A stretch of DNA of 48,966 nt, taken from positions 1 to 48,966 of the forward strand of contig JANTHH010000001.1 in the NCBI GenBank assembly GCA_024762485.1, written 5' to 3'. The notes beneath the pieces are model-generated. The model was not told where the DNA came from, searched no databases, and was given only the letters and a program-made list of their open reading frames with translations. A program made the position numbers and the translations under genes. This document shows positions 28,352 through 36,747 of this stretch, piece after piece. This DNA is from Chromatiales bacterium. GTDB lineage: Bacteria > Pseudomonadota > Gammaproteobacteria > Chromatiales > Chromatiaceae. The stretch's first letter is position 1. Each line of letters starts with the position of its first letter.

Positions 28352-29329
28352 ATGTTTGGTTTCGGCAGAAAAAAAGCTCACACCGAGGAACAGGAACAGC
28401 AGGAGAAGTCGCCGGGTTTCTTCCAGCGACTCAAGTCCGGGCTGGCGCGCACCCGCCACAACCTTGGCGATGGACTCGCCAATCTGGTGCTCGGCCGCAA
28501 ACAGATCGACGAGGAACTGCTGGAGGAGCTGGAGACCCTGCTGCTGACCGCCGACGTGGGCGTTGAGACCACTGCGCGCATCATCGACGACCTCACAGCA
28601 CGGGTGAAGCGGAAGGAACTGTCGGACCCGCAGACGTTGACCCGCATCCTGCGCGAACAGCTCGCCGCGGTCCTCCACCAGGTGGACCGGCCGGTGCGCC
28701 AGCCCAGCCCCGGCCATCCCCAGGTAATCCTCATGGTGGGAATCAACGGCGCCGGCAAGACCACCACCATCGGCAAGCTCGCCAAGCGGCTGCAGGACGA
28801 GGGGCAGAGCGTGATGCTGGCCGCCGGCGACACCTTCCGCGCCGCCGCGGTGGAACAGCTGCAGACCTGGGGCGAGCGCAACGGCATCCCGGTGATCGCC
28901 CAGCACAGCGGTGCCGACTCCGCCTCGGTGATCTTCGACGCCCTGCAGGCCGCCACCGCCCGCGGTGCCGACGTGCTGATCGCCGACACGGCCGGACGAC
29001 TGCACACCAAGACCAACCTGATGGATGAACTGGCCAAGATCGCCCGGGTGATGAAGAAGATCGACCCCGAGGCACCCCACGAAGTGATGCTGGTGGTGGA
29101 CGCGGGCACCGGCCAGAATGCCATCAACCAGGCACAGCAGTTCAATCAGGCCATTCCCTTGACCGGGATCACGCTCACCAAGCTCGACGGCACCGCCAAG
29201 GGCGGTATCATCTTCGCCATCGCCGACAAGCTGAAACTGCCGATCCGCTTCATCGGCGTCGGCGAGGGCATCGAGGACCTGCGGGTCTTCGATGCCGACG
29301 AGTTCGTCAGGGCACTTTTCGAGGAATAG
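28352..29329 (+). CDS. ftsY: Signal recognition particle receptor FtsY
   Basis: I chose the ATG at 28352 (MFGFGRKK...). NG domain has GINGAGKTTTIGKLA, DTAGRL and TKLDGTAKGG. Confidence 0.93.
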   Translation: MFGFGRKKAHTEEQEQQEKSPGFFQRLKSGLARTRHNLGDGLANLVLGRKQIDEELLEELETLLLTADVGVETTARIIDDLTARVKRKELSDPQTLTRILREQLAAVLHQVDRPVRQPSPGHPQVILMVGINGAGKTTTIGKLAKRLQDEGQSVMLAAGDTFRAAAVEQLQTWGERNGIPVIAQHSGADSASVIFDALQAATARGADVLIADTAGRLHTKTNLMDELAKIARVMKKIDPEAPHEVMLVVDAGTGQNAINQAQQFNQAIPLTGITLTKLDGTAKGGIIFAIADKLKLPIRFIGVGEGIEDLRVFDADEFVRALFEE

Positions 29330-29376
29330 ACCGCCATCCGCGGTCCACCAGAAATAAAACGGGGCAACCAGCCAGC

Positions 29377-30048
29377 GTGATCCAGTTCGACAACGTCAGC
29401 AAGCGCTACCCCGGCGGCCACGAGGGCCTCGCCGGTACCAGTTTCCGCCTCGATTCCGGCGAGATGGCCTTCCTCACCGGCCATTCGGGCGCCGGCAAGA
29501 GCACCCTGCTGAAGCTCATCGGCCTGCTGGAGCGGGCCACGCGCGGCCAGGTCTGGGTCAATGAGCGCAACCTCAACCGCCTGAAGGATCGCGATATCCC
29601 CTATCACCGCCGCGAGGTGGGCATGATCTTCCAGGACCACCGCCTGCTCGCCGACCGCACCGTGTTCGACAACATCGCCCTGCCGCTGGTGGCCTCTGGC
29701 GTCGGTCACCAGGAAATCTCGCGCAAGGTGCGCGCGGCGCTGGACAAGGTCGGGCTGCTGAAGAAGGAGAAGCTGTACCCGCTGATGCTGTCAGGCGGTG
29801 AGCAGCAGCGGGTCGGCATCGCCCGCGCGGTGGTCACCCGGCCACCGGTGATCCTCGCCGATGAGCCCACCGGCAACCTGGACCCGGAGCTGTCGCGCGA
29901 GATCATGGAGCTGTTCATGCAGTTCAACGACGTCGGCGTCACCCTGCTGATAGCCACCCACGACGTCGACCTGATCAACACCCTCGACAAGCGCATACTC
30001 ACCCTCAGGCAGGGCCGCATGGCCAATGACACCGGGGTCGCCGCATGA
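29377..30048 (+). CDS. ftsE: Cell-division ABC transporter ATP-binding protein FtsE
   Basis: GTG start with MIQFDNVSKRY. Walker A GHSGAGKST, signature LSGGEQQRV, Walker B ILADEPTGNLD. Confidence 0.95.
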   Translation: MIQFDNVSKRYPGGHEGLAGTSFRLDSGEMAFLTGHSGAGKSTLLKLIGLLERATRGQVWVNERNLNRLKDRDIPYHRREVGMIFQDHRLLADRTVFDNIALPLVASGVGHQEISRKVRAALDKVGLLKKEKLYPLMLSGGEQQRVGIARAVVTRPPVILADEPTGNLDPELSREIMELFMQFNDVGVTLLIATHDVDLINTLDKRILTLRQGRMANDTGVAA

Positions 30049-31010
30049 CGGGTCGCCGTTCGGGCCGCGGGCCCGCCTTCGCACGCAACCGCAACCCCAT
30101 GACCTGGCTGCTGCGTCATGCCCAGGTGATGCTGGCGAGCCTGGGACGGCTCAGCCGCTCGCCGCTGGGCACCACCATGACCGCGGCGGTACTGGGCATC
30201 GCCATCGCGTTGCCGGCCGGCCTCTACACCCTGGTCAATCACGTGCAGGCCCTGTCCGGCGCCTGGGACGGCTCTGTCAGCATCTCGCTTTTTCTGCGGC
30301 CCGACATCCGGGATGACGAGGCCGAACGGCTGGCGCAGCGGCTGCACACTCTGCCCGGGGTCGGCGAACTGCGCCTGATCACTCCGGCGCAGGCGCTCGA
30401 CGAATTCCGCCGGCTGTCGGGCTTCGGCGAGGCGCTCGATATCCTTGACGAAAACCCCCTCCCCGCTGTGCTGCTGGTCAATCCGACCCCCGCCTACAGC
30501 AGCCCCGACAAGGCCGAACAGCTGTTGCTGGAACTGCGCGCCCGGCCGGAGGTCGAACTCGCCCAGCTCGACCTGCAGTGGGTGCGGCGGCTGCACGCGA
30601 TCACCCTGGCGATCGAGCGGGCGGTGTGGGTGCTGGCGGCCCTGCTGTCGCTGGCGGTACTGCTGATCGTCGGCAACACCATCCGCCTGGAGATCCAGAA
30701 CCGTCGCCCCGAGATCGAGATCACCAAGCTGGTGGGGGCCACCAATGCCTTCATTCGCCGCCCTTTCCTCTATGACGGCCTCTGGTACGGGCTGCTCGGT
30801 GGCCTCATCGCCTGGTTGCTGGTCAGTATCTCCCTGTGGCTGCTGCAGGGGCCGATCGCCCAGCTGTCCGGTCTCTACGACAGCGTCTACCGGCTGGAGG
30901 GGCCATCATTCACCAGCCTGCTGGCGATGCTCGGCGGCGGTGGCCTGCTGGGCCTTACCGGGGCCTGGATCGCCGTTGGCCGCCACCTCAGCGAGATCGA
31001 GCCCAGCTGA
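30045..31010 (+). CDS. ftsX: Cell-division permease-like protein FtsX
   Basis: Its ATG overlaps the ftsE stop. 321 aa with four TM segments and the typical FtsX periplasmic loop. Position is consistent with ftsYEX. Confidence 0.9.
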   Translation: MTGRRSGRGPAFARNRNPMTWLLRHAQVMLASLGRLSRSPLGTTMTAAVLGIAIALPAGLYTLVNHVQALSGAWDGSVSISLFLRPDIRDDEAERLAQRLHTLPGVGELRLITPAQALDEFRRLSGFGEALDILDENPLPAVLLVNPTPAYSSPDKAEQLLLELRARPEVELAQLDLQWVRRLHAITLAIERAVWVLAALLSLAVLLIVGNTIRLEIQNRRPEIEITKLVGATNAFIRRPFLYDGLWYGLLGGLIAWLLVSISLWLLQGPIAQLSGLYDSVYRLEGPSFTSLLAMLGGGGLLGLTGAWIAVGRHLSEIEPS

Positions 31011-31102
31011 TAGCCAGGCCCGCCAGATCAGGGCATTTGCCACAGATCAAGAAACTTTTTCCTTCATTAGCACTCTAACCTCGCGACTGCTAATTTTGGC
31101 TG

Positions 31103-31123
31103 GCACCTGTTCGATTCAGGTGC
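31103..31123 (+). terminator. Weak hairpin between ftsX and rpoH (possible ftsYEX terminator/attenuator)
   Basis: GCACCTG-ttcgatt-CAGGTGC followed by TACTTTATT. The stem is short, so the assignment is tentative. Confidence 0.3.
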
Positions 31124-31172
31124 TACTTTATTCATCAAATCAAGAATACAAATCCACAGCGGAGGGAATGCA

Positions 31173-32027
31173 ATGAGCAACGAACTCGCTATGCCGGCTA
31201 TCCTGCCCACGGGCAGCATGGATGCCTATGTCAGCGCAGCCTTTCAGCTGCCAATCCTCTCCGAGCAGGAGGAGCACGATCTGGCCGTGCGCCTGCGTGA
31301 TCACAACGACATGGATGCGGCCCGCGCGCTGGTTTTTTCACACCTGCGCTTCGTGGTGCGGGTGGCCCGTCAATACAATGGCTATGGCCTGCCGCAGAAT
31401 GACCTGATCCAGGAGGGCACCCTGGGCCTGATGAAGGCGGTGCGCCGTTTCAATCCGGACATGGGCGTACGGCTGGTGTCCTTCGCGGTTCACTGGATCA
31501 AGGCCGAGATCCACGAATACATCCTGCGCAACTGGCGCATCGTCAAGATCGCCACCACCAAGGCCCAGCGCAAGCTGTTCTTCAACCTGCGCAGCAACAA
31601 GAAACGGCTGGGCTGGTTCAGCCAGGAAGAGGTGGAGCAGGTGGCCGAGGATCTGGGCGTCAAGCCAGAGACCGTGCTGGAGATGGAATCACGCCTGAGC
31701 AATCAGGACCTCGCCTTCGATGGCGGCATGGACGAGGACGACGGCCCGGCGCTGACCCCGGCAGGCTATCTCGCCGACAACCGCATGGAGCCCGCCGCAC
31801 TGGTCGAGGCCGAGGACGCCGAGCAGGTGCAGCATGAGCAACTGCAGCACGCCATTGCGGAACTGGACGAGCGCAGCCGCGATATCCTGCAACAGCGGTG
31901 GCTGGGCGACAGCAAGGCCACCCTCCATGAACTGGCCGACCAATACGGCGTGTCGGCGGAGCGGATCCGTCAGATCGAGAAAAACGCCATGAACAAGCTG
32001 AAAAAACAGCTGGCGGTGGCTGCCTGA
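31173..32027 (+). CDS. rpoH: RNA polymerase heat-shock sigma factor sigma-32
   Basis: 284 aa with a GGAGGG RBS. RpoH box QRKLFFNLR and sigma-70 regions 2 and 4 are present. Confidence 0.96.
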   Translation: MSNELAMPAILPTGSMDAYVSAAFQLPILSEQEEHDLAVRLRDHNDMDAARALVFSHLRFVVRVARQYNGYGLPQNDLIQEGTLGLMKAVRRFNPDMGVRLVSFAVHWIKAEIHEYILRNWRIVKIATTKAQRKLFFNLRSNKKRLGWFSQEEVEQVAEDLGVKPETVLEMESRLSNQDLAFDGGMDEDDGPALTPAGYLADNRMEPAALVEAEDAEQVQHEQLQHAIAELDERSRDILQQRWLGDSKATLHELADQYGVSAERIRQIEKNAMNKLKKQLAVAA

Positions 32028-32060
32028 TACTGGCCCACCCACGGTGACAGGATGATGAGA

Positions 32061-32087
32061 AACGGCCCACACGGGCCGTTTTTTATT
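32061..32087 (+). terminator. Rho-independent terminator after rpoH
   Basis: AACGGCCC-acac-GGGCCGTT followed by TTTTTATT. Confidence 0.82.
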
Positions 32088-32958
32088 GCGGCGAAGTCGC
32101 GCGCCCCTTGGCCAGAAACCCCTCGATGAAGGGCTGCAAACTCGCCATTTCGGCCTCGCTCACGGGCTGGAAGCCCACCATGCGGGTCGTCTGGAAGTAG
32201 GCGCGGCCGACATCGGTATCGGCGAAGCCAAGTAACGACTCGCGTACGCGATCCGCCTCTTCGGGGTCGACATGCGGTGCCGCCAGCACCACGAAGCCGA
32301 TAACCGACTCGGTCTCTCCGATCACCCGCAGCCGCTCGCCGAGCGTCTCACCCATCGCCAGGAACAACTGCTTGCCGCTCAACGAGGCGTCGCTGTCGCC
32401 CAGCAGGCAGGCCATCAGCGCGTTGTTGTGATTGGGCACATTCTGGATATCGAGGTTTCTGCCCTTCTCCAGCCCCGCCTCCCGCAGGGCCTGTACTGCC
32501 AGCTGACTGATGACCGCCGATTGTCCGACCATGGTGATGCGGCGGTTTTCCAGGTCCTGCAGCGTCCTGATATCGGAATCCTTCGGCACCACGAAGACGC
32601 CTGCAATCCGGTGACCGGTCTTCACCAGTGGACGGTAATGATCCCGGTACTGCGCCAGGCGGGCGAGATGGGGGGCGGTGAACACGTAATCGTAGCGCCC
32701 CTGGCTGGTGCGCTGTACGAAGGCCTTGAAGCCGGGGGCGGTTATCAGTGAAACCGGACGCCCGGTGGCCTCCGCCAGCCTCAACCGCAGCGGGTTATGG
32801 GTCTGGATGAGCTTCACCGGGGTGATGTACGGCAGGACACCGAGACTGACAGGCGCCTCCCCCGCCACCCCGAGGCCCGGCAGCATCAGAGCGGCAACCA
32901 GGCACAACAACCGTGTCCATGAATTGTGTCGATATGGCCTCATCCGGATCTCCCGCAC
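32083..32958 (-). CDS. PhnD-family periplasmic substrate-binding protein (phosphonate/phosphite-type SBP fold), orphan
   Basis: Signal peptide, then GVLPYITPVKLIQTHNPLRLRLAEATGRPV...YDYVFTAPHLA, typical of PhnD-like SBPs. The start could alternatively be the ATG at 32943. Confidence 0.72.
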   Translation of the reverse strand: MREIRMRPYRHNSWTRLLCLVAALMLPGLGVAGEAPVSLGVLPYITPVKLIQTHNPLRLRLAEATGRPVSLITAPGFKAFVQRTSQGRYDYVFTAPHLARLAQYRDHYRPLVKTGHRIAGVFVVPKDSDIRTLQDLENRRITMVGQSAVISQLAVQALREAGLEKGRNLDIQNVPNHNNALMACLLGDSDASLSGKQLFLAMGETLGERLRVIGETESVIGFVVLAAPHVDPEEADRVRESLLGFADTDVGRAYFQTTRMVGFQPVSEAEMASLQPFIEGFLAKGRATSPQ

Positions 32959-33110
32959 GGGTTTTCGATCATGCTGCAGTGGCTATCGGCAACCGGCCGA
33001 TGGCATTGAGCTGCCGCATGGCTGCAAGGTGAAGAAAGCATAGCGGGATCGGCGCCCGGCGTTACACCATGACGCGCCGCCTGCCGCCTGCCCTGTGCCA
33101 CAAACACAAA

Positions 33111-33130
33111 AGGCCGCCTCACGGCGGCCT
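33111..33130 (-). terminator. Rho-independent terminator closing the ccoGHIS(-small ORF) unit
   Basis: The minus strand forms AGGCCGCC-gtga-GGCGGCCT followed by TTTGTGTTTG. Confidence 0.7.
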
Positions 33131-33153
33131 TTCTGCAGCAACAGCAATCGGCC

Positions 33154-33255
33154 TCAGCCTGCAAGGATCACTGAGAACAGGCTGATATAGGACCAGGCGA
33201 TCAGCATGACCACCAGGGTCAGGGCCAGATTCTGGAAATTGAATAATTTCATCAT
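33154..33255 (-). CDS. Candidate 33-aa single-TM peptide (below the ORF-track cutoff)
   Basis: MMKLFNFQNLALTLVVMLIAWSYISLFSVILAG, preceded by AAGGAG 9 nt upstream of the first ATG. It lies 27 nt downstream of ccoS and is followed by the terminator at 33111-33130. Confidence 0.4.
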   Translation of the reverse strand: MMKLFNFQNLALTLVVMLIAWSYISLFSVILAG

Positions 33256-33282
33256 GGGAGTTACTCCTTACAAAGACTTGTA

Positions 33283-33507
33283 TCAGGTTTTCGATGACGT
33301 CCCGCCCGCTGGCGGGACGTCGGATTCGTGTTTGTCCTCGGCTGCCTGGTGCCCCGGAATCATCGGGTCGTCGTCATCCATCAGGATGCGGTAGGCAGGC
33401 CCCTCGAGGTCGTCATACTGGCCGGTCTTCACCGTCCACAGAAAGAACACCCCGGCCACCAGCATCAACACGACGGCGAGTGGAATCAGCAGATAAAGGA
33501 TACTCAT
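33283..33507 (-). CDS. ccoS: cbb3-type cytochrome oxidase maturation protein CcoS/FixS
   Basis: MSILYLLIPLAVVLMLVAGVFFLWTVKTGQYDDLEGPAYRIL is the canonical CcoS sequence pattern. Confidence 0.9.
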   Translation of the reverse strand: MSILYLLIPLAVVLMLVAGVFFLWTVKTGQYDDLEGPAYRILMDDDDPMIPGHQAAEDKHESDVPPAGGTSSKT

Positions 33508-33514
33508 GGGCGTC

Positions 33515-35938
33515 TCAATCCAGGTTGCGCAGTCGCAGCGCGTTGAAAACCACCACCAGGGAGCTGGCCGACATGCCGATGGCCGCCATCCAGGGCGCGA
33601 CCAGCCCGGCGGCCGCCAGCGGGATAGCTGAAATATTATACAACACCGCCCAGCCCAGGTTCTGCCGGATCACACTCAGGGTCCGGCGGGCGGCCCTGAC
33701 ACCGGCCACCAGGGTGACCAGTCGCTGTGACAGCATCACCATGTCTGCACTGGCATGAGCAAGCTGGGCACCACTGCCCATGGCCACCGAAACCTGGGCA
33801 CCCGCGAGCACTGGTGCGTCATTGACGCCATCACCGACCATCACCACCACCTCACCGGCGGCCTGCAGCTCGCGCACCCGCGCCAGCTTGTCATCGGGAC
33901 GCAGACCGGCCTGCCAGTCGGTGATCCCCAGCGCCTCGGCCACCCGTCGCACCGGCCCCTCGGCATCGCCACTGAGTATCTCCACGGCCAGCCCCAGATC
34001 CTGGAGCCCGGCCACGGTATCGGCGGCGTCGCTGCGCAACGTGTCCTCGAGTGTGAACAGGGCCAGCGGGCCGGACTCGCTGGCCAGCAGCACCTGGGTA
34101 TGCTCACCCTGCAAGGTCTCGTCCGCCTCGCCAGCGCACAACGCGAGGGCGAAATCTGCCCGGCCGATACGGTAACGCCTGCCGTCGACGCTGCCCTCCA
34201 CACCCAGCCCGGGGGTCGCTTCCACGCCGCTGACGGCCAGTTGATGGCGGCCGGCCGCCGCCAGCACCCTGGCCACGGGGTGCTCGGACTGGGCCTCCAG
34301 GGCCGCTGCAATATCCCGCGCCGATGCTTCGTCCACGTCACCAAGCAGGCGTACTCCGCTGAGGCTGAGCATGCCGCGGGTCAGCGTCCCGGTCTTGTCG
34401 AAGACCACCCGGCTTGCATGGGCAAGTGACTCCAGGGCATGACCGCGAGTGGTCAGCAGGCCGAGCCTGGTGAGCGCACCGGTGGCCGCGGTCACCGCCG
34501 TCGGTGTGGCCAGCGACAGGGCACAGGGGCAGGTCACCACCAGCACCGACAGGGTGATCATGAAGGCGCGATCCGGCTCATGCAGCCACCACCAGGTGGC
34601 CACTGCCGTCGCCAGCAGCAGCAGTCCGGCCACGAAGCCGCTCGCCACCCGGTCGGCAAGACGGGCGATACGTGGTTTCTCGGCCTGGGCGCGATCGAGC
34701 AGGCGGACGATACCGGACAGCAGGGTGTCTTCGCCGACCGTCTCCACCCGCATCTGCAGCGGGCTTTCCACGTTGACACTGCCGCCCACCAGGTGATCAC
34801 CCGGCTGACGCGGCCGGGGCACGCTCTCGCCGGTCAGCAGTGACTCGTCCACCGAGCTGACCCCCTCGGTCACCACACCGTCAGCGGGCACGGTCTCGCC
34901 GGGACGCACCAACACCTGATCACCCGGCACCAGATCGGCAACGGCGACAACCTGCTCCTCGCCATCACGCAGCACGGTGGCCGTGGCCGGCAACAGCTTC
35001 ACCAGCTCCTCTGCTGCCTGGCCGGCGCGGTGGCGCGCACCCATCTCCAGGAAGCGGCTGGCCAGCAGGAAGAAGGTGAACATGCAGACCGAGTCGAAAT
35101 AGACATCCTGCCCGCCGGTCAGGGTGGACCAGACACTGGCGGCAAAGGCACCACCGATGGCCAGCGAGACGGGCACATCCATCCCGACCCGGCCGTGGCG
35201 CAGGTCGCGCCAGGCGGAGCGGAAGAATGTCTGACCGGAATAGAACACCACCGGCAGGGTCAGCAGGAGACTGACCCAGCGCATGAACACCCGCAGCCCC
35301 TCGTCCATGCCGGAATAGTCCCCGGCATACAGCGCCACCGCGAGCATCATCACCTGCATGGCGCCGAGGCCGGCCACCGCCAGCCGGCGCAGGGCGACTG
35401 CACGCTCCTTCTTGAACACGGCCTCCTGGCGCCCGGGATCAAAGGGGTGGGCGACGTAACCGATATCGGCGATGGCCTTGAGGATGGCCGACAGCTTGAT
35501 GCGGCTGTTGTCCCACACCAGACGTGCACGGTGCGTGCTGTAGTTGACCTGGAACTCGAGTACGCCAGGCAGGCTGCGCACGTGGCGTTCATTGAGCCAG
35601 ACACAGGCCGCGCAGGTGATACCCTCCAGGATCAGCGAGGCGGACTTGCGCTCGCCGGCCTCATCGTGGACGAAGCCCTGCTGGAGTTCGGGCTTGTCAT
35701 AGAGATCGAGCCGGGCCAGCGCCTCGGGAATCAGTTCATCCGGGCGCGGCGCACTGGCGGTGCGATGCCGATAGAAATCCTCCAGCCCGCCGTTGACGAT
35801 CGCCTGGGCCACCGCCTGGCACCCGGGGCAGCACATCGCGCGCTGCTCGCCCATGACCTCCACCCGGTAGTCGGCACCCGGCGGTACAGGCAGACCACAG
35901 TGAAAGCAGGCCTCCTGAGGCTGGCCACCACCGCTCAC
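33515..35938 (-). CDS. ccoI: Copper-translocating P1B-type ATPase CcoI/FixI
   Basis: I chose the GTG at 35936-35938, which overlaps the ccoH stop (GTGA). N-terminal CFHCG...CCPGC, HMA-like domain, CPC motif, DKTGTLT, GDGVNDAP. Confidence 0.92.
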   Translation of the reverse strand: MSGGGQPQEACFHCGLPVPPGADYRVEVMGEQRAMCCPGCQAVAQAIVNGGLEDFYRHRTASAPRPDELIPEALARLDLYDKPELQQGFVHDEAGERKSASLILEGITCAACVWLNERHVRSLPGVLEFQVNYSTHRARLVWDNSRIKLSAILKAIADIGYVAHPFDPGRQEAVFKKERAVALRRLAVAGLGAMQVMMLAVALYAGDYSGMDEGLRVFMRWVSLLLTLPVVFYSGQTFFRSAWRDLRHGRVGMDVPVSLAIGGAFAASVWSTLTGGQDVYFDSVCMFTFFLLASRFLEMGARHRAGQAAEELVKLLPATATVLRDGEEQVVAVADLVPGDQVLVRPGETVPADGVVTEGVSSVDESLLTGESVPRPRQPGDHLVGGSVNVESPLQMRVETVGEDTLLSGIVRLLDRAQAEKPRIARLADRVASGFVAGLLLLATAVATWWWLHEPDRAFMITLSVLVVTCPCALSLATPTAVTAATGALTRLGLLTTRGHALESLAHASRVVFDKTGTLTRGMLSLSGVRLLGDVDEASARDIAAALEAQSEHPVARVLAAAGRHQLAVSGVEATPGLGVEGSVDGRRYRIGRADFALALCAGEADETLQGEHTQVLLASESGPLALFTLEDTLRSDAADTVAGLQDLGLAVEILSGDAEGPVRRVAEALGITDWQAGLRPDDKLARVRELQAAGEVVVMVGDGVNDAPVLAGAQVSVAMGSGAQLAHASADMVMLSQRLVTLVAGVRAARRTLSVIRQNLGWAVLYNISAIPLAAAGLVAPWMAAIGMSASSLVVVFNALRLRNLD

Positions 35939-36747
35939 CCCGTTGCGGCCTTGTCCACGGTGGTGGTGGCGCGCACCTCGTGCAGATCCTCGCCCTTGCG
36001 GATCTGCAACACCAGGCGCCACAAGCCGGGCTGTGGCATCACGGTGACCACCTCGTAGCGCCCGGGGGCCGCCTGCTGCATGGTGAAGGCAAAATCGAAC
36101 TCGCTGTTGGAGGTGCGCAGGAAGCGTCCACTCACTTCGGCATCGGTCACCGGCTGGCCGGCGGCATCCCGCACCTCAACGATGAATCGCGCGGGCTTGC
36201 CGACAACCGGTCGATCCTGCCAGCCCTTCTGGACCTGCCAGCCGCGTGCCCGCTGTGCCTCGACCTGTTTCAGGTAGTCGTTGTACTGTGATTCCTTCTT
36301 CTGGTAGTCGTGGGAGACCGTACCCGGGAAGCGGGAGTCGGCCACCTCACCGGAGCGCGGTGCTGGCAGCAGTTCGGCGAAGATGCCGGTAATGCCCTGC
36401 TCGGAGACCACCAGGAAGACCACATCCACCGCTACCACGAAGGTAAAAAAGCCGATCAGCAGCGTTGGCCCCCAGTGCCAGCCGCCGCCTTTTCCCTGCT
36501 GGCCCTGGCTGCCGATGATACCGAGGATATAGGCCACGATCAGGTACAGAGCGAGGTGGATGGCGAAGATATCGGCGCCCGGCCAGGTGAGTATCCCCCA
36601 GGGCACATAGATCAGCAGTACCAGCATGGCAACGGCCGCCGCGGCGGTACGGGCATCGAGACGCAGCAGCCTGCGCAGCACCACGAACAGCACCGTCTCG
36701 GCAAGGAGGCCGAGGCCGATGGTGAGCAGGATCATGCCGGCACTCAT
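35935..36747 (-). CDS. ccoH: CcoH/FixH-family protein with an N-terminal ~95-aa, 3-TM extension
   Basis: The C-terminal ~170 aa (WHWGPTLLIGFFTFVVAVDVVF...YNDYLKQVEAQRARGW...PGRYEV...GLWRLVL) fits the FixH pattern. The ATG overlaps the ccoG stop (ATGA). Confidence 0.72.
   Translation of the reverse strand: MSAGMILLTIGLGLLAETVLFVVLRRLLRLDARTAAAAVAMLVLLIYVPWGILTWPGADIFAIHLALYLIVAYILGIIGSQGQQGKGGGWHWGPTLLIGFFTFVVAVDVVFLVVSEQGITGIFAELLPAPRSGEVADSRFPGTVSHDYQKKESQYNDYLKQVEAQRARGWQVQKGWQDRPVVGKPARFIVEVRDAAGQPVTDAEVSGRFLRTSNSEFDFAFTMQQAAPGRYEVVTVMPQPGLWRLVLQIRKGEDLHEVRATTTVDKAATG

Noticed and set aside
31101-31116. TGGCAC upstream of rpoH, reminiscent of the sigma-54-dependent rpoH promoter known in E. 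coli.
   Set aside because: The -12 position reads CGAT (no GC dinucleotide at the correct spacing). The TGGCAC is also part of the arm of a small hairpin (31103-31123). I do not count it as a sigma-54 promoter.
33086-33100. The minus strand reads TGGCAC-AGGGC-AGGC upstream of the PhnD-like gene.
   Set aside because: GG/GC spacing is correct, but the -12 box lacks both T residues. The site lies in generally GC-rich sequence where such partial matches are expected by chance.
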